DNA of 63,484 nt from contig JAGDBK010000003.1 in assembly GCA_017959065.1 (NCBI GenBank), positions 1 to 63,484 of the forward strand. The letters run 5' to 3'. The notes below the pieces were generated by a model that worked only from the letters and a program-made list of their open reading frames with translations, was not told where the DNA came from and ran no database searches. Each line of letters begins with the position of its first letter. Position 1 is the stretch's first letter. Below, piece by piece: positions 1 through 8,350 of the stretch. The stretch is from Clostridia bacterium (lineage in GTDB: Bacteria > Bacillota > Clostridia > Oscillospirales > CAG-272). Position numbers and translations under genes: made by a program.

Positions 1-1568
1 ATTTTTACAAATGAGATCAGTTTTTCTGCTGATTTGATTATGGAAACGTAAGTATCCGCTTTTTTCATAATCTCCATCATGCTTTTATTCTCGCATGCTG
101 ACAGCTGCTCCACAGCATTAATCGTGCTGTTCCCTATCTTCCTTTTCGGGGTGTTTATTATTCTCTTAAGATGAAGATTATCGCCCGGGTTCTTTATAAG
201 ATACAGATAAGCCAGAATGTCTCTTATTTCTTTTCTGTCGTAAAACCTTATCGATCCGAATACTCTGTAAGGCATTCCTGACCTGGCAAATGCAGATTCT
301 ATATTATTTGCCTGTGCATTTAGTCTATACAGTACGGCAAAATCTTTATATGTTTTGGTTCCTGATTTTACATATTCCGATATGGTGTCTACTATATATC
401 TGGACTCTTCGTTCTGGTCCTCTAACTCTTCCAGTACGATCTTTTCACCGGCCTGCTTTTCAGTCCAAAGATTCTTTCCTTTCCTTCCGAAATTGTTTTT
501 AATTATGCTGTTGGCCGCATTTAAGATCGTTTGTGTAGACCTGTAGTTCTGCTCCAGCTTTATCAGTTTGCAATCACTGAATACTGTATCAAACTCAAGG
601 ATGTTCTTGATCGTTGCTCCTCTGAATTTATAAATGCTCTGATCGTCATCACCCACGACCATTATGTTTCTGTATTTTCCGGAAAGCAGTTCAATTAGAG
701 CAAACTGCGCCATATTTGTGTCTTGATATTCATCAACGCATATATATCTGAATTTTGACTGGTAATAATCTAGAACGTCTTTGTTATCTTTAAGTAACAT
801 CACAGTTCTCATTATCAAATCGTCAAAATCCATTGCATTTGCTTTTTGAAGTTCACTTTGATACCTTATATATACCTTTGAAATCTGTGAAAGACGATAA
901 TCGTTTCCGGAATTCGCGCTGAAATCCTCTGGGGATATTAGGTTATCCTTGGCGCGGCTGATCTCAGTCATAACTGTGCGAACAGGCAGCATCCTGTCGT
1001 CAATATTCAGTGATTTTAAAATATCTCCTATGAGCTTTTTTGTGTCTTCGGTATCATAAATAGTGAGAGAACCGCTTTGAAAACCAAGAAGATCCAGATG
1101 ACGTCTGAGGATCCTGACACAAATCGAGTGGAAAGTTCCGGCCCAGATCTGTGAGGAAATGGATTCATCGTTCAGTGATTCCGCAAGCCTGTTCTTAATT
1201 TCGTCCGCAGCCTTGTTGGTGAATGTAATAGCAAGTATCCCGTATGCTTTTACAGGATCTACGGCATAAGCAGAAAGGATCATTTCCGCGTCTTCATTGG
1301 AAGCAAACTTATAAGCCTCGGTAAGCATCTCGATGTCCAGATCTGAAGGTTTGACTGAACCGTTCCTGAAGTATGCGTCACCATACTTTATCATATGGGA
1401 AATACGGTTGACCAATACGGTCGTTTTACCGCTTCCTGCACCTGCAAGGACTAACAGAGGCCCGTTAACGGTATAAATTGCTTCGCGCTGTTCCGGGTTC
1501 AGTCTTCCGTATATGCGGTCAAACAGTTCCCTTTTTGCTGCAGTGAATCTCTGTATCTCGTTTCCCAT
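1..1568 (-). CDS. pcrA: ATP-dependent DNA helicase, UvrD/PcrA family (N-terminal ~522 aa; C-terminus lies beyond the left edge)
   Basis: Absent from the ORF track because it is open to the window edge. My translation from the ATG at 1568-1566 is MGNEIQRFTAAKRELFDRIYGRLNPEQREAIYTVNGPLLVLAGAGSGKTTVL (Walker A). Further in are VDEYQDTN (motif II) and LEQNYRS. SD AAGGGGA lies upstream. Confidence 0.85.
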   Translation of the reverse strand, partial: MGNEIQRFTAAKRELFDRIYGRLNPEQREAIYTVNGPLLVLAGAGSGKTTVLVNRISHMIKYGDAYFRNGSVKPSDLDIEMLTEAYKFASNEDAEMILSAYAVDPVKAYGILAITFTNKAADEIKNRLAESLNDESISSQIWAGTFHSICVRILRRHLDLLGFQSGSLTIYDTEDTKKLIGDILKSLNIDDRMLPVRTVMTEISRAKDNLISPEDFSANSGNDYRLSQISKVYIRYQSELQKANAMDFDDLIMRTVMLLKDNKDVLDYYQSKFRYICVDEYQDTNMAQFALIELLSGKYRNIMVVGDDDQSIYKFRGATIKNILEFDTVFSDCKLIKLEQNYRSTQTILNAANSIIKNNFGRKGKNLWTEKQAGEKIVLEELEDQNEESRYIVDTISEYVKSGTKTYKDFAVLYRLNAQANNIESAFARSGMPYRVFGSIRFYDRKEIRDILAYLYLIKNPGDNLHLKRIINTPKRKIGNSTINAVEQLSACENKSMMEIMKKADTYVSIIKSAEKLISFVK

Positions 1569-1608
1569 TATTTCCCCTTAGTCCAATACTGATAATGTCA
1601 TAATAACA

Positions 1609-1637
1609 CAAAAAGCAAAACGCCCTGAGACCAGGGC
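1609..1637 (-). terminator. Rho-independent terminator downstream of hpf
   Basis: Minus strand reads GCCCUG-GUCU-CAGGGC followed by GUUUUGCUUUUUG. Confidence 0.7.
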
Positions 1638-1687
1638 ATTTTACTATTTATGATCAGAATCAAAGCAAAACCTGTGTACAAAACGAT

Positions 1688-2221
1688 TCAGTGTTCTTCG
1701 CTCGGTACGATCAGTCCGTATGCACCGTCTTCACGTTTGTATACGACACATGTTTCATTAGTCTCGGAATTGACGAACACATAGAACTTGTGACTTAGTA
1801 GATTCATCTGGAGGATTGCTTCTTCAGGAGACATCGGCTTGAATGAGAAAGATTTTACCCTGATCTTAAATTCTCCTTCTTCTGCTACTGCCTCTGAACC
1901 AAGTGATGAATAGTCCGCGAATGCACCCTGGCGGAGTCTTCTCTCAAGTCTTGTTTTGTTTTTCCTTATCTGTCTTTCGATATTCTCGACGCATCTGTCA
2001 AGTGAATTGTTGAATGTTTCGTCTTCGACCTCGCTGCGGAACAGCGTTCCGGAATACGAGATCGTAACCTCAAGCTTTTCTGTGTTTTTCTTCTTACTGA
2101 ACGTTACGAAAGCTTCTGCTTCATCGGAAAAAAATTTGTCAAACTTTGACAGTTTCTTGCTGACCAGTTCTTTCAAGTCATCTGTCACTGTAACCTGTCT
2201 GGCGATAATCGTAATCTTCAT
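1688..2221 (-). CDS. hpf: Ribosome hibernation promoting factor, long form
   Basis: 177 aa starting MKITIIARQVTVTDDLKELV..., with the C-terminal dimerisation-type extension typical of long HPF. SD GGTGA lies upstream. Confidence 0.85.
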   Translation of the reverse strand: MKITIIARQVTVTDDLKELVSKKLSKFDKFFSDEAEAFVTFSKKKNTEKLEVTISYSGTLFRSEVEDETFNNSLDRCVENIERQIRKNKTRLERRLRQGAFADYSSLGSEAVAEEGEFKIRVKSFSFKPMSPEEAILQMNLLSHKFYVFVNSETNETCVVYKREDGAYGLIVPSEEH

Positions 2222-2317
2222 GTGTCACCATTCCTTTCCGAAATTGCAGCTTAAAAAGCATGCATAGGTTTTAAATAACTGCCATGATAACCCCGGGAAG
2301 TACACTTCCCTGTCACT

Positions 2318-2326
2318 ATTATACCA
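2318..2326 (-). promoter_or_regulatory. Extended -10 element (TGgTATAAT) upstream of hpf
   Basis: Minus strand reads CATGGTATAATAGTG about 95 nt upstream of the hpf ATG. The -35 is weak. Confidence 0.45.
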
Positions 2327-2418
2327 TGTGCAGAGTAATAATGGAATGAAAACAATCTTTTTTGTGAAAAACCGCCAAACAATATGAATGAAAATAACAA
2401 CAGTATTAACTGATAGAC

Positions 2419-3501
2419 TCAGTGCCTGTCAAAGTATCCTTTTCTGTAAAGAAGCTCAGCCATGAGAACTCCGCCGCCTGCCGCACCGCGCAGTGTATTA
2501 TGTGCAAGACCTACAAACTTGTAATCGAAAAGGGAGTCTTCCCTGAGTCGGCCGAGACTGATCCCCATTCCTTTGTAAAGATCTCTGTCGAGTGCTGCCT
2601 GCGGTCTGTTGTCTTCTTCAAAATATGTGATGAAATGTTCCGGAGCATTGGGCAGGCTGAGTTCCTGGGGCAGTCCCTTAAATGAACGCCATCTTTCGAT
2701 TATCTCTTCTTTTGAGGGCTTCTTTTCAAAATTGACGAAAACGGCTGCGGTATGTCCGTCGGTCACTGGGACACGAATGCACTGGGTCGTGATCAGCGGG
2801 GAGACTGCTTTAACTATGACATCCCCTTCAACCTTACCCCAGATCTTCAGCGGTTCCTGTTCGCTCTTTTCCTCTTCCCCGCCTATATATGGGATGACGT
2901 TGTCGATCATTTCGGGCCACTGATCGAATGTTTTACCGGCGCCTGAAATAGCCTGATATGTCGTGGCTACTACTTCTTTAACGCCGAAATCCATAAGAGG
3001 AGTCAGAGCGGCCACATAACTCTGTATCGAACAGTTGGGTTTTACTACAATAAAACCGTGTTTTGTGCCGAGCCTTTTCCTCTGGCTGTCCAGGATAGAG
3101 ATATGGCTGAAATTAATCTCGGGTATGAGCATGGGGACATCGGGAGTCCACCTGTTTGCAGAATTGTTTGATACGACCGGGATCTCAGCCTTTGCATAAG
3201 CTTCTTCAAGAGCTTTGATCTCATCCTTTTTCATATCTACTGCGCAGAAGACAAAATCGACTTTTTTGGCGACTGAATCAACGTCATTGGCATTTTCTAC
3301 GATCATTCCGCGTACAGATTCAGGTATCTCTGCGGTCATCTTCCAGCGACCTTTAACTGATTCCTCATAGCTAACCCCTGCAGATCTCGGACTAGCAGCA
3401 AGGACTGATATTTCAAAATAAGGGTGGTCATGAAGGAGCAGGACGAATCTCTGCCCTACCATTCCCGTAGCACCTATGATTCCGACTTTCATTTTACTCA
3501 T
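2419..3501 (-). CDS. asd: Aspartate-semialdehyde dehydrogenase
   Basis: 360 aa. N-terminal NAD(P)-binding motif MKVGIIGATGMVGQRF and an Asd-like body. Confidence 0.85.
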   Translation of the reverse strand: MSKMKVGIIGATGMVGQRFVLLLHDHPYFEISVLAASPRSAGVSYEESVKGRWKMTAEIPESVRGMIVENANDVDSVAKKVDFVFCAVDMKKDEIKALEEAYAKAEIPVVSNNSANRWTPDVPMLIPEINFSHISILDSQRKRLGTKHGFIVVKPNCSIQSYVAALTPLMDFGVKEVVATTYQAISGAGKTFDQWPEMIDNVIPYIGGEEEKSEQEPLKIWGKVEGDVIVKAVSPLITTQCIRVPVTDGHTAAVFVNFEKKPSKEEIIERWRSFKGLPQELSLPNAPEHFITYFEEDNRPQAALDRDLYKGMGISLGRLREDSLFDYKFVGLAHNTLRGAAGGGVLMAELLYRKGYFDRH

Positions 3502-3538
3502 AGTATTAACACCAGCCTATACTTTAATTATGAATAAG

Positions 3539-3566
3539 ATTATACTCATTATATATAAAATGTCAA
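3539..3566 (-). promoter_or_regulatory. Sigma-A promoter of asd (TTGACA-16-TATAAT)
   Basis: Minus strand: TTGACA (3566-3561), 16-nt spacer, TATAAT (3544-3539). Confidence 0.6.
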
Positions 3567-3613
3567 CAACTGAAAGCCTCATATTGACTGAACTGATGGC
3601 TTTTATCGGTATT

Positions 3614-3655
3614 CTGAAAAGAGAGAGCGGTGCTGCCGAAAAACGACAGCACCGC
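3614..3655 (-). terminator. Rho-independent terminator downstream of the glycyl radical enzyme gene
   Basis: 12-bp stem GCGGUGCUGUCG / CGGCAGCACCGC, UUUUU loop, then UCUCUCUUUUC. Confidence 0.75.
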
Positions 3656-3686
3656 CTTGCGTTAAATCATTTAGGTGAAACTAATT

Positions 3687-5999
3687 TCAGGCGTTGCACA
3701 TTCCGCTGTATCTGAGGATAAACTCGTCCTGGGCATCTTTGTCGAACTCAATGAATTTCATTGAGAAGCCGCCGACTCTGACAATAAGATTCTCATGACA
3801 ATCGGGGTGGATCTGGGCGTCCTTCATCTCTTCGAGGGTAGCCGTGGTGATCTGGGCGAGCTGTCCGCCGATCTTCATGAATGTCATCATCGTAGCGGCA
3901 ATCTTTTCTCTCATTTCCTCGTTTTCCATCAGGGTCGTCGGAATAAGGACATTTGAAGTGCTTCCGCCAACTCCGAGTTCAAGAGGCATACGGGCCACTG
4001 AATTGAGCATAGGTGTCAGACCGTTTTTGTCAGAACCAGTGCGCGGACCGATAGTATTTCCGAGCGGAGAGCCTGTGAATCTTCCGTCAGGCAATGCCCA
4101 CGTATGTTTTCCGTAATAGGTGCCTCCTTCAAGAAGTGAGCATGCACCGGTAAATACATCTCCTCGGCGGGACTTGAATTTTCTTATCTCGGACCAGAAC
4201 ATGCGGAGCACTTTTGCGGACATTTCGTCCGCTTCCCTGTTGTCATTACCGTATTTCGGAGCGTTCAGAAGTTCCTGGCGTATGTCCTCGTATCCTTCAA
4301 AGTTGGCATCCAGAGCGTTATATACTTCTTCCAGAGTCAGTTTGCCGGTATCATATACAAGAGTCTTGAGCGCATAAAGCGAATCTCCGACAGCTCCGTG
4401 TCCGCCTGTCTCGATAACTCCGTAATTATAGATCGTACCGCCTTCATCATGCTGAAGTCCTCTCTCTATGCAGGCTTCGGTCATAGTCGACTTTACAAGC
4501 TTGGAGACGTTGGCGACTCTGATGTCTACGCCGATATTGCACAGGTCGATAAAGATCGGTATAAGGTACTGAATCTGCTTAACGAAAGCGTTCCACAGAT
4601 CATCAAATGTCTTATAATCCTTGAGATTGCCTGTGTCGATGCTGATCTTGTAGTCAGCATATCTGTCCCTGCCGTTGAAAAGAGTGTATTCGAATATCTT
4701 GGCAAGATTAACGAATCCGTCTTCACATCCGAAATTACTCTTTCCCGGTATCTCGATCTCCTGGCATCCAAGGATGGAGTAATCGCGCGCATCTCTCTCG
4801 GGAACGCCGTAACCCATCAGTGACGGAACGACGTTGAAGTCGCTTGCAAGGGTGGGATCGGACATCCCTTCCGACCACATCAGGACCACAAGTTTCATCA
4901 GTTCCCTGGGAGTTTTTTCATGGACTCTGACGGTCATTCTGGGATGGGTCTCATGAAGCGTGCGCATGACTCTAAGAACGTGGTAGGTGATCTCGTTCGT
5001 CGCGTCCTCGCCGGTTTCCGGGATGACACCGGAAATGGTCATATTGTGGACTCCGTGTTCCCAGAATTTCATAAATATGGCTGTCAGAACATCTTTGTCT
5101 TCATCCGATCCGGTCCAGAACGGAAGCATATACTGATCGAATCTCCCGATACAGTCGACCCAGTCCCACAGGCAGAAGAACCACATAAGCTGAGCAGCTT
5201 CAAGAAACGTTTTAGGCTTGCCGCGGGAGATGCTGCGGCATGTCTTCTCAATGGTGAGCAGCTGCTCTCTTTTTTCAATGTCTTCAGCCTTCGAGGCGAG
5301 TTCAGCCGCTTTGTCGGCATACTGGGTTATATAGGCAGAAAAACCCTCCATAATAATCCGGCAGGCTTTGTAGAAATCTTTTTTCTTCTTGTCAGCCGGA
5401 TCTGTTTTTGAGTCGTAGCTTTCGATCTGATCAAGGACTCCTCCGACACCCATTCCCAAAAGTTTCGGGTAACTGGGAATCGTGTGCCCCTGATATCCTC
5501 CGGCAGACCATGCATATCCCTTTACGTATCCGTACGCGTTTGCGTCTCCGCCGAATCTGCGGACCCCTTCATCGTCAAGAACGTTGTCATCCATAGGGAT
5601 CAGCCTGTTGTAAATCGCTTTAATTCTGTCAGTGCGGTGCATGTAGCAGTTTCCGAAACTGAAATGCTCGACAATGTTCCTGAATGGTCTTGGAAAACCT
5701 ACCAGTATGTCGTTATCAAAAAATATAGGTTCAGAATAGAGCCACGAATAAACGATGGCGTGAGCTTCGCACACGATGTAGCTCTCGTCGGCGTATTCCT
5801 CGAAAGCGTCTTCAAAAGGCGTCTTTTTATCGTCCGGCATGCCGGTCGCCGTATCTTCCCTTTTCCTGTTCGGCTTTACCCTTTTGAGCACGTCCTCATA
5901 GATGGCTCCGGTCCTTTTGGAAAACTCAAATTTTTCAAAGATATCCTGCATTTTGATACCGGAACGGACTGAACAGTTCCTTTCTCCTTTCATGGACAA
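3687..5999 (-). CDS. Glycyl radical enzyme, PFL-like fold, Cys-x-Glu (dehydratase/lyase) class; substrate unknown
   Basis: C-terminal glycyl radical motif RVGGFS (3779-3762). Thiyl loop GCQE (4769-4758). The start is uncertain: TTG 5999, ATG 5993 or ATG 5951, and none has a well-spaced SD. Confidence 0.8.
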   Translation of the reverse strand: MSMKGERNCSVRSGIKMQDIFEKFEFSKRTGAIYEDVLKRVKPNRKREDTATGMPDDKKTPFEDAFEEYADESYIVCEAHAIVYSWLYSEPIFFDNDILVGFPRPFRNIVEHFSFGNCYMHRTDRIKAIYNRLIPMDDNVLDDEGVRRFGGDANAYGYVKGYAWSAGGYQGHTIPSYPKLLGMGVGGVLDQIESYDSKTDPADKKKKDFYKACRIIMEGFSAYITQYADKAAELASKAEDIEKREQLLTIEKTCRSISRGKPKTFLEAAQLMWFFCLWDWVDCIGRFDQYMLPFWTGSDEDKDVLTAIFMKFWEHGVHNMTISGVIPETGEDATNEITYHVLRVMRTLHETHPRMTVRVHEKTPRELMKLVVLMWSEGMSDPTLASDFNVVPSLMGYGVPERDARDYSILGCQEIEIPGKSNFGCEDGFVNLAKIFEYTLFNGRDRYADYKISIDTGNLKDYKTFDDLWNAFVKQIQYLIPIFIDLCNIGVDIRVANVSKLVKSTMTEACIERGLQHDEGGTIYNYGVIETGGHGAVGDSLYALKTLVYDTGKLTLEEVYNALDANFEGYEDIRQELLNAPKYGNDNREADEMSAKVLRMFWSEIRKFKSRRGDVFTGACSLLEGGTYYGKHTWALPDGRFTGSPLGNTIGPRTGSDKNGLTPMLNSVARMPLELGVGGSTSNVLIPTTLMENEEMREKIAATMMTFMKIGGQLAQITTATLEEMKDAQIHPDCHENLIVRVGGFSMKFIEFDKDAQDEFILRYSGMCNA

Positions 6000-6181
6000 T
6001 AAACCGTTAGTTTATAAGTGACAGCATTCTGCCGGTCACAATAAGGATATATGGCTGAATAAGTATCGGTATTATTATTGTATTTTGCGGGCGGGTTGTT
6101 TTCAAGAAGAATTTTAATTAATGAACACCATAAATCATATTTCGGAAAACCTGGATGTTCCTATTTTCAATTTCAAAAAGC

Positions 6182-6210
6182 TTGACAAAGGGGATCAATT
6201 ATGATAGACT
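6182..6210 (+). promoter_or_regulatory. Sigma-A promoter of tRNA-Thr (TTGACA-14-TGaTAGACT, extended -10)
   Basis: TTGACA at 6182-6187 and TGATAGACT at 6202-6210 give a 17-nt spacer to the hexamer TAGACT. The tRNA 5' end lies 14 nt downstream. Confidence 0.55.
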
Positions 6211-6223
6211 AACTGAGCATTGT

Positions 6224-6299
6224 GCTGGTGTAGCTCAGTTGGTAGAGCAGCTGATTTGTAATCAGCAGGTCGGGGGTTCAAGTCCGTCCACCAGCTCCA
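6224..6299 (+). tRNA. tRNA-Thr (anticodon TGT), CCA encoded
   Basis: Cloverleaf by hand: acceptor GCTGGTG/CACCAGC, D stem GCTC/GAGC, anticodon stem GCTGA/TCAGC with loop TTTGTAA, T loop TTCAAGT. One G-G mismatch in the T stem (GGGGG/CCGTC). Confidence 0.85.
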
Positions 6300-6301
6300 T
6301 G

Positions 6302-6350
6302 ACGGGTATCTGTAACGGATGATTGGTTATGGATGCCCGTTTTCTTTTTC
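6302..6350 (+). terminator. Rho-independent terminator after tRNA-Thr
   Basis: ACGGGTATC (6302-6310) pairs with GATGCCCGT (6332-6340), followed by TTTCTTTTT. Confidence 0.6.
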
Positions 6351-6405
6351 CGCGGCATCCCCGATAATACAGTACATCATTTTTTTATTTCAGGAGGTTA
6401 TTGCT

Positions 6406-7341
6406 TTGATCAGACAGCAGGCTTTTTCGGACAAAGAGAAACGGTTTCTTAAAGGCGGGCTTCACTGTCATACAACGCGCTCGGACGGCAGCCGGTCGCC
6501 GGAAGATACCCTTAAAGCCGCAAAGGAAGAGGGTTTTGATTTCATGGCGCTGACAGACCATCAAGTTTATAATCTTAAGAATTTTGCCCCTGAAACAGGA
6601 GTTATCGTCATTCCGGGAATGGAACACAGCAATAACCTGTTTAAAGATCACGGATTCAGATGTTTTCATACGGTTTGTCTCGGTCCTACCAAAGAGGACG
6701 GGAACGGGTTTGATCAAGATGAAAGGTTTGATTGCGGCGAGGCGCCGGACGCCGAGGCATATCAGCCTTTTCTGGACGAGGTCCATCGCAGGAACAACCT
6801 GACCATTCTCTGCCATCCCCAGTGGAGCAACACCAGTGCGAGGTACTTTGAAAAGCAGAAAGGCAATTTCGCCATGGAGATCTGGAACAGCGGCTCCGTA
6901 TTGTACTGTGATTCAGATAACGACGCGGCTTACTGGGACGAGATCCTTGGCCAGGGTATCAAGTGGTACGGTGTAGCGACAGATGACGCTCATGCGCATT
7001 GGGAGTTCGGTAACGGTTGGGTAATGGTCAAGGCGGACAAAAACATATCGTCCATCCTTAAAGCCCTAGAAAACGGCGAGTTTTATTCCACATGCGGCCC
7101 GGAGATCCATGATTTTTACATTGAGGACGGTAAGGCCAAGGTGGACTGTTCTCCCGTCAACAGGGTTCTTATGCACTCCGACAAGCACACAAACGCCATG
7201 ATAAGGGACGATAACTCAAATCTTACGCATGCGGAGTTTGATCTTGAAGACTCGTGGGAAGGTCCTTACGATTATGTGAGGATCAGCGTAGTCGACAAGG
7301 ACGGAAAGAAAGCCTGGACAAATCCGATATTTCTATCCTGA
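6406..7341 (+). CDS. PHP-domain metal-dependent phosphoesterase
   Basis: PHP signature GGLHCHTTRSDGS...FMALTDH. I prefer the TTG at 6406, which sits 8 nt after AGGAGG (6392-6397). The ORF-track ATG at 6319 lies inside the tRNA terminator hairpin. Confidence 0.7.
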   Translation: MIRQQAFSDKEKRFLKGGLHCHTTRSDGSRSPEDTLKAAKEEGFDFMALTDHQVYNLKNFAPETGVIVIPGMEHSNNLFKDHGFRCFHTVCLGPTKEDGNGFDQDERFDCGEAPDAEAYQPFLDEVHRRNNLTILCHPQWSNTSARYFEKQKGNFAMEIWNSGSVLYCDSDNDAAYWDEILGQGIKWYGVATDDAHAHWEFGNGWVMVKADKNISSILKALENGEFYSTCGPEIHDFYIEDGKAKVDCSPVNRVLMHSDKHTNAMIRDDNSNLTHAEFDLEDSWEGPYDYVRISVVDKDGKKAWTNPIFLS

Positions 7342-7361
7342 GACGCTTAATGAGATAACTA

Positions 7362-7414
7362 TCCCCCGGATCAGCTGATTTTATTATCGGCTTTCCGGGG
7401 GACTCATTTTTTTT
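7362..7414. terminator. Terminator between the convergent PHP gene and trxB
   Basis: TCCCCCGGA (7362-7370) pairs with TCCGGGGGA (7394-7402), followed by a T8 run. Confidence 0.75.
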
Positions 7415-7426
7415 GATAAGCCGTTA

Positions 7427-8350
7427 TCAGTTCAGTCTGAGATATTCGCAGGCAGCCATCGCGGCAGACGTTCCGTCCGCTACGGCGGTAGTGAGCTGGC
7501 GGATCATTTTCGAACGGCAGTCTCCTGCGGCAAAGAACCCTGCTCTGCTTGTTTTTGAATTCTCGCCGGCATCTATGTACCCCTGAGCGTCCAAATCGAC
7601 CAGAGAGGAAAATATGGCGTTCTGAGGCTCCTGACCGACGGACACGAAGACCGCGCTGACCGGAATACTCTTGATTTCGTCAGAGACCGTGTTTTTCACG
7701 CTGATCCCGGAAACTGATTCTCCGCCGGTTATCTCATCAACAACCGAATCAAGGATGAATTCCACATTGGGCTTTGAAATCAGGGTCTCAACAAGTTTTG
7801 ATTCGCCTCTGAATTCCTGCCTTCTGTGAATGAGACTGACCTTGCTGCAGATCCCGCTGAGCAGTTCGCACGCGCTGAGAGCCGAACTGCCTCCGCCTAC
7901 CACGGCGACTTCTTTTCCGCTGTAGAAGGCACCGTCGCAGATTGCGCAGTATGACACACCTTTCCCCGCAAATTCCTCTTCGCCTTTTGCTCCTAGTTTT
8001 CTGTGCCTGCAACCCGTCGCTATGATGACGGCTCTGGCCTCGAATGAGGAGTACTCGGTCGTGACTTTTTTAACTGTGCCGAGATCTTCGACTCCGGTCA
8101 CAGTGTCAAATTCGGTCTCGACTCCGAGATCGGTCGCCTGAGTATATATAAGATCGGACAGCTCCATGCCAGATATCTCTTTGAATCCGGGATAGTTTTC
8201 TACCTTCGGTGAAACGGATATCTGTCCGCCTATGGCCGTCCCCTCGATAACAAGTGCTCTCTTCCCTGCTCTGGAAAGATATATTCCCGCTGTATATCCG
8301 GCAACTCCTCCGCCGATAATTATAACGTCATACATCGGCCCGCCGGTCAT
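7427..8350 (-). CDS. trxB: Thioredoxin-disulfide reductase
   Basis: FAD motif IIIGGGVAGYTAG, redox CAIC, NADPH motifs VVGGGSSA and HRRQEFR. The ATG overlaps the nrdD stop (ATGA at 8350-8347). Confidence 0.85.
   Translation of the reverse strand: MTGGPMYDVIIIGGGVAGYTAGIYLSRAGKRALVIEGTAIGGQISVSPKVENYPGFKEISGMELSDLIYTQATDLGVETEFDTVTGVEDLGTVKKVTTEYSSFEARAVIIATGCRHRKLGAKGEEEFAGKGVSYCAICDGAFYSGKEVAVVGGGSSALSACELLSGICSKVSLIHRRQEFRGESKLVETLISKPNVEFILDSVVDEITGGESVSGISVKNTVSDEIKSIPVSAVFVSVGQEPQNAIFSSLVDLDAQGYIDAGENSKTSRAGFFAAGDCRSKMIRQLTTAVADGTSAAMAACEYLRLN

Noticed and set aside
2222-2418. Possible raiA-motif RNA upstream of hpf
   Set aside because: The leader is only ~95 nt, is AT-rich and has a single small hairpin. 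It does not resemble the ~200-nt structured raiA motif.
6000-6350. tRNA-Thr as a potential integration hotspot or genomic-island border
   Set aside because: There is no integrase, no duplicated tRNA 3' fragment (att-like repeat) and no compositional shift on either side. The flanking genes have normal promoters and terminators.
6319-6405. Upstream ATG start for the PHP-domain gene
   Set aside because: The ATG sits inside the tRNA-Thr terminator hairpin and the encoded extension is hydrophobic junk. The TTG at 6406 follows AGGAGG at ideal spacing.
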